Shown in pieces: positions 19,780 through 30,187 of a stretch of DNA of 62,166 nt (positions within the stretch are counted from its first letter, which is position 1; every line of letters begins with the position of its first letter). The translations under genes were made by a program, and so were the position numbers. Origin of the DNA: an uncultured Gammaproteobacteria bacterium (GTDB lineage: Bacteria > Pseudomonadota > Gammaproteobacteria > Francisellales > CACEW01). The notes beneath the pieces are model-generated. The model was not told the origin of the DNA. It did no database searches and was given only the letters and a program-made list of their open reading frames with translations. The stretch covers positions 1 to 62,166 of the forward strand of contig CACEWE010000004.1 of NCBI GenBank assembly GCA_902563055.1. Direction: 5' to 3'.

Positions 19780-20535
19780 ATGGCCGCCAAACCTAACGTT
19801 CTTATTACCAGACCAGAACCTAGTGCATCCATACTGGCAACCTTACTTAAACCTTACCCATTAAAGAGCTATGTATTTCCCAGCATGCAATTGGTACCGT
19901 TTTTTGCCAGAAATCTTCAACAGCGCATCCAATCAGCACCAGATATTCTTATTTTCACCAGCCCAAGTGCCGTCACATTTTTTGTGCAACACGCATCACT
20001 GCGTGATTTAAGCAAGCTTTTTGCAGTCCCTGTGGTTGCAATGGGACCAGGAACAGCATTGCAATGCGAACAAGCTGGCTTTAAAAGCATTCATTATCCA
20101 CAAAAGCCACCCATTAATAGTGCAGCAGTTTTAGCCCTGCCACTATTAAAAAATTGTCGCAATCAAACTATTTATCTGATTAAAGGCCAAGGCGGCAGTG
20201 ATCTTATCTACAGAAAACTTAAGCGCGATGGCGCTAATATTGCCAATATTCGTGTTTACCAGCGGGTACTAAACGAGCCTACTCCTGATTTAAGTAACGA
20301 AGTAAGCTTTGGTGAAAAAATAGATCTTGTGGTATGCACCAGTATTGACGGCCTCCGCGCTTTTTATAGCCAAACTAAAGACTATCAAAACTACTTCACC
20401 CCAGACACAAGCATTACTTGCCTAAGCCCTAAAATGCATCGTTTTTGCCAAGACAAAAATCTCGCCACACTGAGCATAGATAGTGCCAGTAATAACAGCC
20501 TCGTACGTGCCATTGGCCATTTTTTCAAATTCTAA
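19780..20535 (+). CDS. Uroporphyrinogen-III synthase (HemD)-like protein
   Basis: About 251 aa. It has 'VLITRPEPSAS' at the N-terminus and a two-lobed HEM4-like layout ('ILIFTSPSAV', 'VVCTSIDGL'). The family is poorly conserved, so confidence is moderate. An alternative TTG start lies at 19774. Confidence 0.55.
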   Translation: MAAKPNVLITRPEPSASILATLLKPYPLKSYVFPSMQLVPFFARNLQQRIQSAPDILIFTSPSAVTFFVQHASLRDLSKLFAVPVVAMGPGTALQCEQAGFKSIHYPQKPPINSAAVLALPLLKNCRNQTIYLIKGQGGSDLIYRKLKRDGANIANIRVYQRVLNEPTPDLSNEVSFGEKIDLVVCTSIDGLRAFYSQTKDYQNYFTPDTSITCLSPKMHRFCQDKNLATLSIDSASNNSLVRAIGHFFKF

Positions 20536-20608
20536 GTAGACACAGCAATAAAATATTGCTTTTTATGACAAAAACATGTATAATAGCCGATTTTTTTAAG
20601 GGGCGAAA

Positions 20609-21466
20609 ATGCACTATTGGATTATCAACTTCGATGAATGTAAAAACGGCACTCCATTAGAAGATTTAGGACTTAATAAAGTAATAAAAAAAGGCAAAGT
20701 CTTTTCAGAAACATACTCAAATATACATTACGTAAGCTTCCCTCAACTGCAAGAGACATTAAAAAACCAGGCCCCAGATCAAAATAAATCCATATCACTT
20801 ATTTTCCTTGGCCATGGCAACCCAAATGAAGTAGGAAGCAATTTAGGAAATCCTGGCAATCATGCTCTTTCATGTTCTGAGTTTGCAACATATATTAACG
20901 ATATGAAAAAAAAATTAGTCGAATTTAAAGATGTTAAAATTTATATATTTGCCTGTAACACAGGTATAAACTCACAAACGCATTACTCCTTTATAGAATC
21001 TGTTTTTCAAAAGCTAGACGCGCGCTTAAAAGAAAAAATAAGCCTAACCGGCGTAGCTGGTTATTTAGAAATAAAAAAGAATGGTAAAATGGCTGTAAAT
21101 CCAATCTATATTGGACACGGCTATGCTAACCATAGTATTGCGCCCAACGGGGACCTAAAGAAAATCTTATCAGTCATTTCTAACCATGATTGTCGCGTTG
21201 TACAAATTGTTGAAGATAAAGACAACAAAGGGCCATTAAAGCTTAAGCCTACGCTTTTCAAATACAAAAATTGTGATGGCGCCATAATGAATGCAAGCCT
21301 TACTTTTTTGTTAAAACAAATATCAGAAAATGACAAAAAACCTAATAAAAAAGAACATGCAGATTTGCGTGCAATTAATCCTGATTTAAAAGCACTTGCC
21401 ACTCTCTTTCTTCATGATCAAAATGAAAGAAAAGAACCGGAAGAAAATACCAATATTTGCTACTAA
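20609..21466 (+). CDS. Hypothetical protein with a clan-CD cysteine-peptidase-like His/Cys dyad (caspase/CPD-like)
   Basis: 285-aa ORF. 'SLIFLGHGNPN' (His69) and 'KIYIFACNTG' (Cys116) each end a hydrophobic strand and lie 47 residues apart. The C-terminal tail is acidic. Confidence 0.55.
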   Translation: MHYWIINFDECKNGTPLEDLGLNKVIKKGKVFSETYSNIHYVSFPQLQETLKNQAPDQNKSISLIFLGHGNPNEVGSNLGNPGNHALSCSEFATYINDMKKKLVEFKDVKIYIFACNTGINSQTHYSFIESVFQKLDARLKEKISLTGVAGYLEIKKNGKMAVNPIYIGHGYANHSIAPNGDLKKILSVISNHDCRVVQIVEDKDNKGPLKLKPTLFKYKNCDGAIMNASLTFLLKQISENDKKPNKKEHADLRAINPDLKALATLFLHDQNERKEPEENTNICY

Positions 21467-21470
21467 AAAG

Positions 21471-22631
21471 CTATAAACCCGACTGATACCAATTTTGCAA
21501 ACGCTCAACGACCTCTTGAATATCTTCGGTAGAACCAGCATAGGAAAAGCGAATATAGGGGTCGCCATCAACAGGGTCAAAGTCTACACCTGGTGAGGCG
21601 ACCACGCCAGCTTGCTCCATCATTTTCATACAATAGGCAATAGAATCGGTACATGAGGGGGCTTTAGCATAATAGTAAAAAGCACCATCTGGGCTCATTG
21701 CATCATAGTAACCAGCCTTAGGCATTTCTTGCATCATAATAGCGCGATTTTGTTTATAACGTTGCAAATGCGTATTAAGCGTTGCGGTATCTGCCATCGT
21801 GCCAAGCGCAATATACTGTGAAGCAGTGGTCATGGAAACATATAAGCTTCTAGCCATGCTTGCAAGAGAGGCAACATGCTCTTTAGGCAGCACCATCCAG
21901 CCAACACGCCAACCGGCCATAGAATAATACTTAGAAAAACTGTTGATCACCACCACTTGATCACTAAATTGTAAAGCTGAATCAACCTTCGGCGCACCAT
22001 CATAGACGATACCATGATATATTTCATCGGAAATCAAAATAATATCATTTTGCTCACAGTAATGGATTAATGCTTTAAATTGCTCAAGCGGAATGACACT
22101 TCCTGATGGGTTTCCTGGAGAGGTGACTAACAATGCATCAGGCTTTGCATCAAGCTTTTTCAGATCTGCCACACAGGGGTGAAAATTATTTTCCTTACTT
22201 GTTGGCATTAAAATTGGATTTAAGCCCATAATCTTGGCAATGTTATAATAAGCAGGATAGTAGGGCAGGGGTAAAACCACGCTTTGTCCAGGTTCAAACA
22301 AACCTAAATACAATAGGTGAAAAGCACCAGAGGCTCCAAAAGTCACCATCACTTGTAGAGGATCAATCTCAATCTGATAGTTATCATGGTACTGCTGTGC
22401 AATCGCTTCTCTAAGAGGCATAATGCCAGAAACATCACTATAACCTAAGGGATCTTTTTTTGCTTGCTGCTGTAAAAAATCCATCACCTCTGGAGATGCT
22501 CCACAGGCCGGCTGACCAACATTCATATATTTCAGGTCATGACCGGCACTGCTGAGCTTGCGAGCGTGGCTAGATATTTGCTCAGGAATTGAGGTAACCT
22601 TGCCACGCTCAGATAAGGTGAGTTTAGACAC
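21471..22631 (-). CDS. PLP-dependent aminotransferase, class I/II
   Basis: Lys-attachment block '[16 protein letters not shown]' and 'SPGNPSG'; 386 aa. Confidence 0.85.
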   Translation of the reverse strand: MSKLTLSERGKVTSIPEQISSHARKLSSAGHDLKYMNVGQPACGASPEVMDFLQQQAKKDPLGYSDVSGIMPLREAIAQQYHDNYQIEIDPLQVMVTFGASGAFHLLYLGLFEPGQSVVLPLPYYPAYYNIAKIMGLNPILMPTSKENNFHPCVADLKKLDAKPDALLVTSPGNPSGSVIPLEQFKALIHYCEQNDIILISDEIYHGIVYDGAPKVDSALQFSDQVVVINSFSKYYSMAGWRVGWMVLPKEHVASLASMARSLYVSMTTASQYIALGTMADTATLNTHLQRYKQNRAIMMQEMPKAGYYDAMSPDGAFYYYAKAPSCTDSIAYCMKMMEQAGVVASPGVDFDPVDGDPYIRFSYAGSTEDIQEVVERLQNWYQSGL

Positions 22632-24045
22632 TATAGTATAATTGAAATTCTAAAGGATGCGTGCTCATGCGTAATTGCTCAACATGATCTCTTTTAAGGT
22701 CAATATAAGCATCAATCACATCGTCACAAAATACACCTGTATCGGTTAAGAATGCACGATCTTCATCCAATGCCTTCAGTGCGCCGTTTAAGGTAACAGC
22801 CACGTGCGGTATATCTTTAAGCTCTTCTTTACTTAATGCATATAAATCTCTGTCCATGGCCTCACCTGGATCAATTTTGTTTTTAATACCATCAAGACCA
22901 GCGAGCATCATTGCAGAAAAAGCTAAATAAGGATTAGCTGTCGGGTCAGGGAATCGCACTTCTATACGACGTGCTTTTTCTGAAGCTACATGTGGAATAC
23001 GAATAGATGCAGAGCGATTACGCGCGGAATAGGCTAGCAAAACTGGAGCCTCAAATCCAGGAACTAGGCGCTTATAGCTGTTGGTACTAGCATTAGCAAA
23101 CGCATTAAGTGCTTTAGCATGTTTAACAATACCACCAATGTAATAAAGTGCTTCTTGTGATAAGCCACCATATAAATCACCAGCAAAGATATTATGACCG
23201 TCTTTGGATAAGGATTGATGCACGTGCATACCAGAACCATTATCACCAACTAGGGGCTTAGGCATAAAAGTTGCACTTTTACCGTTGAGGTGCGCAACAT
23301 TATGAACAACATATTTATAAATTTGTAATTCATCAGCTTTTTCTACCAAAGTGTTAAAGCGAGTTGCAATTTCATTTTGGTTCCCGGTTGCAACTTCATG
23401 GTGGTGGGCTTCAATATGTAAACCCATTTGCTCCATGTAAGCACACATTTCAGAACGCAAGTCTTGGGATGAATCTACTGGTGGAACAGGAAAGTATCCG
23501 CCTTTAACACTTGGCCTGTGGCCCATGTTACCACCTTCATAAGATTCTTCAGAACTCCAAGCACCTTCCTCAGACTGAACACGATAAAAACACTCTTCCA
23601 TTCTTTGACCATATTCAACACCATCAAAAACAAAGAACTCTGGCTCTGGACCAAAGTATGCCTGATCTGCAATCCCTGTTGACTGTAGATATTCAACTGC
23701 TTTTTTTGCAATCGAACGTGGATCTCTCTCATAACCTTCCATGTTTTTAGGGTCTAATACATCACAGCGCAAGTTAAGAGTGGATTGTTCAAAAAAAGGA
23801 TCCATCACTGCTGTGCTCAAATCTGGCATCAACAACATGTCTGATTCATTGATATCTTTCCATCCTTCTACAGATGAGCCATCAAACGGCTTCCCATGTT
23901 TAAAAAAGTCTTCGTCAACTGCCGATACTGGCAAAGAAACATGCTGCTCCTTACCATGCGTATCGGTAAAACGTAAATCTACAAATCTTGCATCTTGGTT
24001 CTGAATGAGATCGAGTATCTCTTTCACTTGGCTAGCCATTTTCAT
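22624..24045 (-). CDS. glnA: Glutamine synthetase type I
   Basis: 'FDGSSVEGW', 'GSGMHVHQS' and '[13 protein letters not shown]'; 473 aa. Confidence 0.95.
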   Translation of the reverse strand: MKMASQVKEILDLIQNQDARFVDLRFTDTHGKEQHVSLPVSAVDEDFFKHGKPFDGSSVEGWKDINESDMLLMPDLSTAVMDPFFEQSTLNLRCDVLDPKNMEGYERDPRSIAKKAVEYLQSTGIADQAYFGPEPEFFVFDGVEYGQRMEECFYRVQSEEGAWSSEESYEGGNMGHRPSVKGGYFPVPPVDSSQDLRSEMCAYMEQMGLHIEAHHHEVATGNQNEIATRFNTLVEKADELQIYKYVVHNVAHLNGKSATFMPKPLVGDNGSGMHVHQSLSKDGHNIFAGDLYGGLSQEALYYIGGIVKHAKALNAFANASTNSYKRLVPGFEAPVLLAYSARNRSASIRIPHVASEKARRIEVRFPDPTANPYLAFSAMMLAGLDGIKNKIDPGEAMDRDLYALSKEELKDIPHVAVTLNGALKALDEDRAFLTDTGVFCDDVIDAYIDLKRDHVEQLRMSTHPLEFQLYYSV

Positions 24046-24073
24046 CTCCCTAAATTAGTAATTTTTTGTTTGC

Positions 24074-24093
24074 TTGTTGATATATATCAACAA
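24074..24093. promoter_or_regulatory. Perfect 20-bp palindrome upstream of glnA (candidate operator)
   Basis: TTGTTGATATATATCAACAA equals its own reverse complement. It sits 29-48 bp upstream of the glnA ATG (24045) and 45 bp downstream of the stop of ORF 24138. Confidence 0.4.
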
Positions 24094-24137
24094 ACACATT
24101 ATAGACATACTAAAATATAATGAAAAGAGCATCATGC

Positions 24138-24557
24138 CTATTTGTCACTATTAAGTGTCATTGTATTTATTGGGACCTGTTTGTTTTTTAATTGTGCAAT
24201 AATGGCATCTAAGTAACTTTGACTTAAAACTAAGATGTTTTTTTTATCCAAACCTTGCTTTTGATATAATATGGCTTGCTCATTCACTACAAGGGCAATT
24301 TCTTTTTTAAGTTTTTGCAATTGATCGTGCGGACTCATTTTATAACTGTAATCGGTATCTAGCTTAGAGAAACTCCGCCATTTACGACACAAACTATTGA
24401 CCACTTGGTCAACCTGCTTAGCATCCCAACTTGTACTTGTATTTTTTGGGGAGTCCGTACTTTGTAATCCTGCCATTTCTAATAGGTCTTGGGTTTTATC
24501 CACCACAGATTCCGTGGATAGTTCTTTAGTACGCTTTCGTCCAGCTAGTGTTGCCAT
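24138..24557 (-). CDS. Hypothetical protein (orphan)
   Basis: 139 aa from 'MATLAGRK', preceded by AAGGAG. The longer ORF opens at 24593. No domain was recognised. Confidence 0.5.
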   Translation of the reverse strand: MATLAGRKRTKELSTESVVDKTQDLLEMAGLQSTDSPKNTSTSWDAKQVDQVVNSLCRKWRSFSKLDTDYSYKMSPHDQLQKLKKEIALVVNEQAILYQKQGLDKKNILVLSQSYLDAIIAQLKNKQVPINTMTLNSDK

Positions 24558-24637
24558 TTTATGCTCCTTTATCCATTGAACAAAAAATAACATTATAATC
24601 TAAGCCACGCCAAATCGTAAGCACAACATAAAAAAAA

Positions 24638-24666
24638 CTTGAAAAATTTGCAATCAATCCCATATC
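24638..24666 (+). promoter_or_regulatory. Sigma-32 (heat-shock) type promoter of hslVU
   Basis: CTTGAAA (24638-24644), a 14-nt spacer, then CCCATATC (24659-24666). This matches the RpoH consensus CTTGAA-N13-17-CCCCATnT and lies about 30 nt upstream of the hslV ATG. Confidence 0.65.
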
Positions 24667-24696
24667 ATACATACCAGAACTAAAAAGGATAGTAAG

Positions 24697-25239
24697 ATGG
24701 AACAAATGAATGGTACAACCATACTCGCAGTAAGACGTAATGATAAAGTAGTTATTATAGGTGATGGCCAAGCAACCATGGGCAATATGGTCGCAAAAGC
24801 AAACATCTGTAAAGTACGCAAAATTTATAGAGATCAAATTATCGCAGGCTTTGCAGGAGCGACCGCAGATGCTTTCACCTTGTTTGAACGGCTAGAGAGC
24901 AAGCTAGAATTACATCAAGGTCATCTTGAACGCGCTGCAGTTGAACTCGTGCGTGAGTGGCGCTCAGACAAAGTATTACGCCGCTTAGAGGCCATGCTTT
25001 TGGTCGCCGACAAACATAAAACACTGTTAATCTCAGGATCAGGAGATGTAATGAGTGAAGATGCTAATGGCGTCATGTCCATTGGATCAGGATCAGCATT
25101 TGCTAAAGCAGCTGCGCGTGCAATGGTTGAGACGACTAAACTCTCGGCAAGAAAAATTGCTGAAAAGAGCATGGATATTGCAGCAGATATTTGTATCTAC
25201 ACCAACCATAACTACACTATTTTAGAATTAAATAAATAA
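24697..25239 (+). CDS. hslV: ATP-dependent protease subunit HslV
   Basis: '[21 protein letters not shown]...[14 protein letters not shown]' aligns along its whole length with HslV. The catalytic Thr-Thr is preceded by MEQMNG. Confidence 0.95.
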   Translation: MEQMNGTTILAVRRNDKVVIIGDGQATMGNMVAKANICKVRKIYRDQIIAGFAGATADAFTLFERLESKLELHQGHLERAAVELVREWRSDKVLRRLEAMLLVADKHKTLLISGSGDVMSEDANGVMSIGSGSAFAKAAARAMVETTKLSARKIAEKSMDIAADICIYTNHNYTILELNK

Positions 25240-25251
25240 AAGAGGAACATT

Positions 25252-26628
25252 ATGAGCGCTATGACCCCCAAAGAAATTGTAAGTGAATTAGACCGTTTTA
25301 TCATTGGCCAAAAAGATGCGAAGCGTAAAGTTGCTGTTGCCCTTCGTGCCCGTAAACAACGCAGCATGTTAGACCCTGAAATGCAAGCAGAAGTGGTTCC
25401 TAAAAATATTTTAATGATCGGTCCTACCGGCGTTGGTAAAACTGAAATTGCCAGACGCCTTGCTAGTCTTGCAAAGGCGCCCTTTATCAAAGTAGAGGCC
25501 ACTAAATTTACCGAAGTGGGGTATGTTGGCCGTGACGTAGACTCTATTATTCGTGACTTAGTTGAAATTTCTATGCATATGACCAAAGAGCAAGCAAGAG
25601 AAAGAGTCCAACAGCGGGCACATGATGCTGCTGAAGCGCGTATTTTAGATATCCTCTTACCACAAGCTCAAAAAGCCACCCCCAATCTTGCTAATTTTGG
25701 TTTTGCCAATGAGCCAGAAAAAGAAGCACAACCTGCCTCAGATGCTGATCAATCTACGCGTAAAGAACTACGCCGTCAATTACGAAATGGCGAAATGGAT
25801 GAAGAAGAAATTGAAATTAAAATTAGAAAATCCAGTGCATCCATGGAAATTCTAGCGCCTCCTGGCATGGAAGATATGACCCAACAACTCCAAAGCATGT
25901 TTTCAAACTTAGGCGGCGGTAAAGCCAAGAAAAAGCGTAAAGTAAAAATAAAAGATGCTTTTAAAATTCTTCAAGAAGAAGAAGCGGACAAACTTATTAA
26001 CGAAGACGAATCGCGCCAAGATGCAGTCAATAACATCGAACAAAACGGCATCGTCTTTATCGATGAAATTGATAAAATCTGCCTACCGGACGATGTTAAA
26101 GGCGGTAATGTTTCCAGGGAAGGTGTACAACGCGACTTACTACCCTTAATTGAAGGCTCAACCGTTACCACTAAGTATGGACCCATTAAAACCGATCATA
26201 TTCTCTTTATTACCTCTGGTGCGTTCCATACTGCTAAGCCTTCTGATCTCATCCCTGAGCTCCAAGGACGCTTACCTAACCGGGTTGAATTAAAAGCCTT
26301 AACGGTTGAAGACTTTGTGAAAATTCTCACCGAACCAACCACATCCTTAATTAAGCAATACATTGCTTTAATGGATACTGAAAACCTTAACTTGAAGTTT
26401 ACTTCTGGGGCTATTAAACGCATTGCAGAAATTGCCTGGTCGGTAAATGAAAGGGTAGAGAATATTGGAGCAAGACGCTTACATACGGTCCTTGAGCAAC
26501 TACTTGAAGATATTGCTTTTGATGCCCCTGATAATAGTGGTACTACTGTAAATATTACCGAGAAGATGGTCAACAATACCCTTGGAGAAGTGGCTAAAGA
26601 CGTAGACCTTTCGCGTTATATTTTATAG
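25252..26628 (+). CDS. hslU: ATP-dependent protease ATPase subunit HslU
   Basis: Walker A '[15 protein letters not shown]', Walker B 'VFIDEIDKI', and an I-domain insertion; 458 aa. Confidence 0.95.
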   Translation: MSAMTPKEIVSELDRFIIGQKDAKRKVAVALRARKQRSMLDPEMQAEVVPKNILMIGPTGVGKTEIARRLASLAKAPFIKVEATKFTEVGYVGRDVDSIIRDLVEISMHMTKEQARERVQQRAHDAAEARILDILLPQAQKATPNLANFGFANEPEKEAQPASDADQSTRKELRRQLRNGEMDEEEIEIKIRKSSASMEILAPPGMEDMTQQLQSMFSNLGGGKAKKKRKVKIKDAFKILQEEEADKLINEDESRQDAVNNIEQNGIVFIDEIDKICLPDDVKGGNVSREGVQRDLLPLIEGSTVTTKYGPIKTDHILFITSGAFHTAKPSDLIPELQGRLPNRVELKALTVEDFVKILTEPTTSLIKQYIALMDTENLNLKFTSGAIKRIAEIAWSVNERVENIGARRLHTVLEQLLEDIAFDAPDNSGTTVNITEKMVNNTLGEVAKDVDLSRYIL

Positions 26629-26636
26629 GAGCAGCC

Positions 26637-26879
26637 TTGGATATTGCAAAAATACTTTGGTTAAGAAGCTCAAACTGCATCGAAATAGTGCGCTCAGATG
26701 GAAAAAAAATCCGCCACAGCGCTAAACATTTGCTTGCGCTTAGTGGAGCAAATGCAGTGCAAGATGCACAGATCCAACTGCTTAAGCTAGAACCACCAAG
26801 CATCATCTTGCGCTTTGAAAACCATGAAAAAGCCTATTGCATACCTTATACAAAACTCTTAGAAACATCAAAGAAGTAA
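26637..26879 (+). CDS. Small conserved protein, DUF971-like
   Basis: 80 aa with a TTG start 6 nt after AGGAG. The position right after hslU and the pattern 'IEIVRSDGKKIRHSAKHLLALSGANAV...ILRFEN...YTKLLE' resemble DUF971 proteins found after hslU in other gammaproteobacteria. Confidence 0.45.
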   Translation: MDIAKILWLRSSNCIEIVRSDGKKIRHSAKHLLALSGANAVQDAQIQLLKLEPPSIILRFENHEKAYCIPYTKLLETSKK

Positions 26880-26883
26880 AACC

Positions 26884-27591
26884 ATGCCCCCTAAACCAAC
26901 GAAAGTTTTAAGCTATTTGATTTTATGTTATGTGATGGTTTTTGTATTTGCCAATTGGTTTGATGGGCGTTTAATTGCCATAGGCGCTGTGGTGAGTGAT
27001 GCCGGAACTATAATATTCCCTATAACCTTTATTTTGGCTAATGTCATCACTGAAGTTTATGGCTATAAACACACCCGGCGCGCTATATGGCTGGGTTTTA
27101 TTTTTAATTTGGTATTTGTGCTCTATGCCCAAGTAATTATCCATTTCCCCTCGCCAAGCTATGCACAAGCACAAAACCATGTCTTTGATCAAATGATGCA
27201 AATTAATGGCCGAATTTTTATTGCTTCCATCATAAGCTACTTATGCTGTGAACCGCTTAATGCGATGATTATGGCGCGCCTGAAAATAATATGTAAAGGA
27301 AAAAAAATGGCTCTGCGTTTTGTTTCCTCTACCTTTATTGCAGCGTTTTTTGATAGCGCCCTGTTTTCTAGCATTGCTTTTTTTCCGATGTTTAATGGCC
27401 AAGCAAGCAAATTACTGCTTTTAATCTTAAGCATGTGGGTGATAAAAGTAAGCATTGAAATACTTTTACTACCCTGCTCCTTATACCTTGCAAAAAAATT
27501 AAAGAAAGTGGAGCATTTAGACCAGTATGACTATGGCACAAATTTTTCTATTATACGCTGGGAGGTCGACTACCCGAGCAACAACTCTTAA
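26884..27591 (+). CDS. yhhQ: Queuosine precursor transporter YhhQ (DUF165)
   Basis: 'ANWFDGRLI...GTIIFPITFILANVITEVYGYKHTRRAIW' is the family signature; 235-aa polytopic protein. Confidence 0.85.
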   Translation: MPPKPTKVLSYLILCYVMVFVFANWFDGRLIAIGAVVSDAGTIIFPITFILANVITEVYGYKHTRRAIWLGFIFNLVFVLYAQVIIHFPSPSYAQAQNHVFDQMMQINGRIFIASIISYLCCEPLNAMIMARLKIICKGKKMALRFVSSTFIAAFFDSALFSSIAFFPMFNGQASKLLLLILSMWVIKVSIEILLLPCSLYLAKKLKKVEHLDQYDYGTNFSIIRWEVDYPSNNS

Positions 27592-28837
27592 TTTTTCTAA
27601 AGTATGATGAGAAAAACACGGTAGCAGAATCATAAAAACTTTCAGTTTCGTCTCTACTTTCAGGGCCCATGTTAAGGTTTTCACGAATAAACCAAGATTT
27701 AAAATACTCTAAAGACCAAATTCCATGGCACAATCTGAAACAACATGAAGTATGACGCCAACACTCCTGCATATACGAATCCCAAAAATCCATCGTATAG
27801 TCAGCATAATTTTTAAATGATTGATAACCGTCCTCAAAACCAACTGGCCATGCTTCCTTCACTCCCTTTTTACCGCTTTCTAGGGTATCTGCCATAAATT
27901 TAAGACTCTCAATATGGGCCTTAACGGAATATTCCAGATAAAAAGGCTCCCAGTACCCTTTAGGAATTCTTGCTGGGAACATATCTGGCAATATAACCTT
28001 AATGGGGACATGATAAACATTAGATACCTGCCGATGACATGTATTAATAATATTGTATTGAGCGGCAAATAGATGAAACCATTTATCTTCATTCTGCCTC
28101 ATTTCTTTGAGGTTGTCATTACCCTGTGAAGTTAAATCCCTTAGGATTGCATCGCCTGTACCTGGAGATTCAAAGGAATAAACAACTTGTTTTTGTTCAA
28201 TTGCTAAAAATTCTGCAATATATGCTCCTAAGGAGTCTCCTACTTGATATATTTCTAAATCAGCTTGACTAATTTGGCGTAATTGAGACATCAGCCATTC
28301 ATAAAATTTCTTAGCAACAGCGTATTGTTTAGGCTTTTTATCCCAAAATATATTCACATCATCTAAAACACCCTCTAAGTTGTCAGTCCCTCTATGAGCG
28401 ACAACTACTTGTTGTATTTCTCCGCTGCCTTCTTCTTTTTTAATATAACATGCGCCAAAATAACCAAAATCATTTCCCTTTTCTTTTCCCTCTTTTTTAT
28501 AATCATCAAATGATTTAAATTTCTCCCAGCCATCAGGGCAGACCCCTTCTTTTTCTTTACCCTCACCAAGACTAGATGTCTCATAGTGTTTTTCATATAT
28601 TCTTTCAACCTTAGCGATAAGTTTACTTTCATCACAAGTTTTATGTTGAAATGGCCCAGCAATCAATTCTTTATAAATATCGTTATAAAGAGCGACTTTT
28701 TTATTATTGTTTTGATTTTTATGATAGACATCCCTAGCAAACCTACAGGCTTCTAAAGGGGTTAACTCATTTGCCACACACGCTCCTACTATGGATAAAA
28801 TATTTGTCATCATAAATCTATTAGGGGAAAAGATCAA
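27551..28837 (-). CDS. Class-3 lipase-like alpha/beta hydrolase (effector-like)
   Basis: 'VVVAHRGTDNLEGVLDDV' followed by the nucleophile elbow 'GDSLG' (GxSxG) matches the Lipase_3 arrangement. 428 aa. The 3' end overlaps yhhQ convergently by 41 nt. Confidence 0.7.
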   Translation of the reverse strand: MIFSPNRFMMTNILSIVGACVANELTPLEACRFARDVYHKNQNNNKKVALYNDIYKELIAGPFQHKTCDESKLIAKVERIYEKHYETSSLGEGKEKEGVCPDGWEKFKSFDDYKKEGKEKGNDFGYFGACYIKKEEGSGEIQQVVVAHRGTDNLEGVLDDVNIFWDKKPKQYAVAKKFYEWLMSQLRQISQADLEIYQVGDSLGAYIAEFLAIEQKQVVYSFESPGTGDAILRDLTSQGNDNLKEMRQNEDKWFHLFAAQYNIINTCHRQVSNVYHVPIKVILPDMFPARIPKGYWEPFYLEYSVKAHIESLKFMADTLESGKKGVKEAWPVGFEDGYQSFKNYADYTMDFWDSYMQECWRHTSCCFRLCHGIWSLEYFKSWFIRENLNMGPESRDETESFYDSATVFFSSYFRKIKSCCSGSRPPSV

Positions 28838-28864
28838 TATAAACGCAATAAGGTGAGATAAAAA

Positions 28865-30187
28865 TCACAGCAAACTTATAAGCTGCTCAAGCTGATAACG
28901 CCGGGCACCTTTGAGCAAAATAAAATGATCTGGGTTTAACATTGTTTTAAGCACCTTTGCCATACTCTGATGATTTTGATGATATTCTAATGCAGGATAA
29001 ATGGTACGCATGGCATCAAAATAATCCTCAGGACCCATAAATAAGCAGCGATCAGGACAAACATCTACAAGCCTTTTGGCCACTTGCTGATGATAGGCTA
29101 TGCTATCATCACCCAACTGAGCCATGGCGCCAAGAACAATCACTTTTTTTGCCTTAGCATTGTATTGATCGCAATAATCTAAACTCTGCAGCACCGATGC
29201 AAAGCTGGCATTATAGCTATCATTTAGCAGCACAGCTCCACTTTTTAGAACCATTTTCTCCATCCGACCAGGCTCCATCACAACCGATGCTAGCCCTTGC
29301 TCAATCGCACTTTTTTCAATCTCTAAGGCACACGCAGCAGCAGTACAGGCAAGAATATTATCTACGGCACCTGCACCAATCAAATTACTTTGAATATACA
29401 TACTTCCCAACGGAGTTATCAATTCTACCTTTGTGCCCTCACTCTCACTCATGGCCTCCATAAGCCGAATGTCGCCCTCTTTACGACCAAAGCTTAGAGT
29501 TTGTGCCTTAGTAATGCATTTCTCCTTAAAAGGCATATCGCTTGGATGGACTAATATTTGCGATGATGACAAATCCTTGGCAATGGCAAACTTTTCTTGC
29601 GCATAGGACCTAAAACTTGGGAAATTTTCTAAATGCGCTGGGGATATTTGCGTAATTAAAGCAACATCAGGCTGAGTTATTGCAGCAGTATAGGCAATTT
29701 CTCCCGGGTGATCAGTACCAAGTTCAACAATACCAAACCGGTGGGTCTCTTTTAGGCCTAACAAAGTCAAGGGCACACCAATATGATTGTTTTCATTTTT
29801 TGCCGTTTTCAGCGTGGGGGCTTGGCTTTGACAAATCGACCACATCGCATTTTTACAGCTTGTTTTACCACAGCTTCCTGTAATGGCTAATATGCGCAGA
29901 TTCTTTTGTAGACTGCGATGCAAGGCAGCTATTTTGCCAAGCGCATGGCTTGTATCCTCAACCACTACACAGGAAATATCCCGAAATGCTTTATTTGTAA
30001 CGATTGCACTTGCGCCTTGCGCTATAGCCTCAGGAACAAAAGTATGACCATCAAAACGCGCCCCACACAGTGCAACAAAAAGCACCCCTGGGGCAATTGA
30101 CCTAGTGTCAGTGCTTACTGCATCAATACGAGCATCACTACCCTTTAAAACACCGCCACAAAATCGGGCAATATCAGATAAGTACAT
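28865..30187 (-). CDS. murF: UDP-N-acetylmuramoyl-tripeptide--D-alanyl-D-alanine ligase MurF
   Basis: P-loop 'ITGSCGKTS' and 'LNDSYNAS'. The gene overlaps the murE stop. Confidence 0.9.
   Translation of the reverse strand: MYLSDIARFCGGVLKGSDARIDAVSTDTRSIAPGVLFVALCGARFDGHTFVPEAIAQGASAIVTNKAFRDISCVVVEDTSHALGKIAALHRSLQKNLRILAITGSCGKTSCKNAMWSICQSQAPTLKTAKNENNHIGVPLTLLGLKETHRFGIVELGTDHPGEIAYTAAITQPDVALITQISPAHLENFPSFRSYAQEKFAIAKDLSSSQILVHPSDMPFKEKCITKAQTLSFGRKEGDIRLMEAMSESEGTKVELITPLGSMYIQSNLIGAGAVDNILACTAAACALEIEKSAIEQGLASVVMEPGRMEKMVLKSGAVLLNDSYNASFASVLQSLDYCDQYNAKAKKVIVLGAMAQLGDDSIAYHQQVAKRLVDVCPDRCLFMGPEDYFDAMRTIYPALEYHQNHQSMAKVLKTMLNPDHFILLKGARRYQLEQLISLL

Noticed and set aside
20609-28837. 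C-terminal CaaX prenylation boxes on the effector-like proteins: the clan-CD-like protein ends in NICY, and the lipase has SCCSGS... near its end.
   Set aside because: None has Cys at position -4 from the C-terminus, so no canonical CaaX motif is present.
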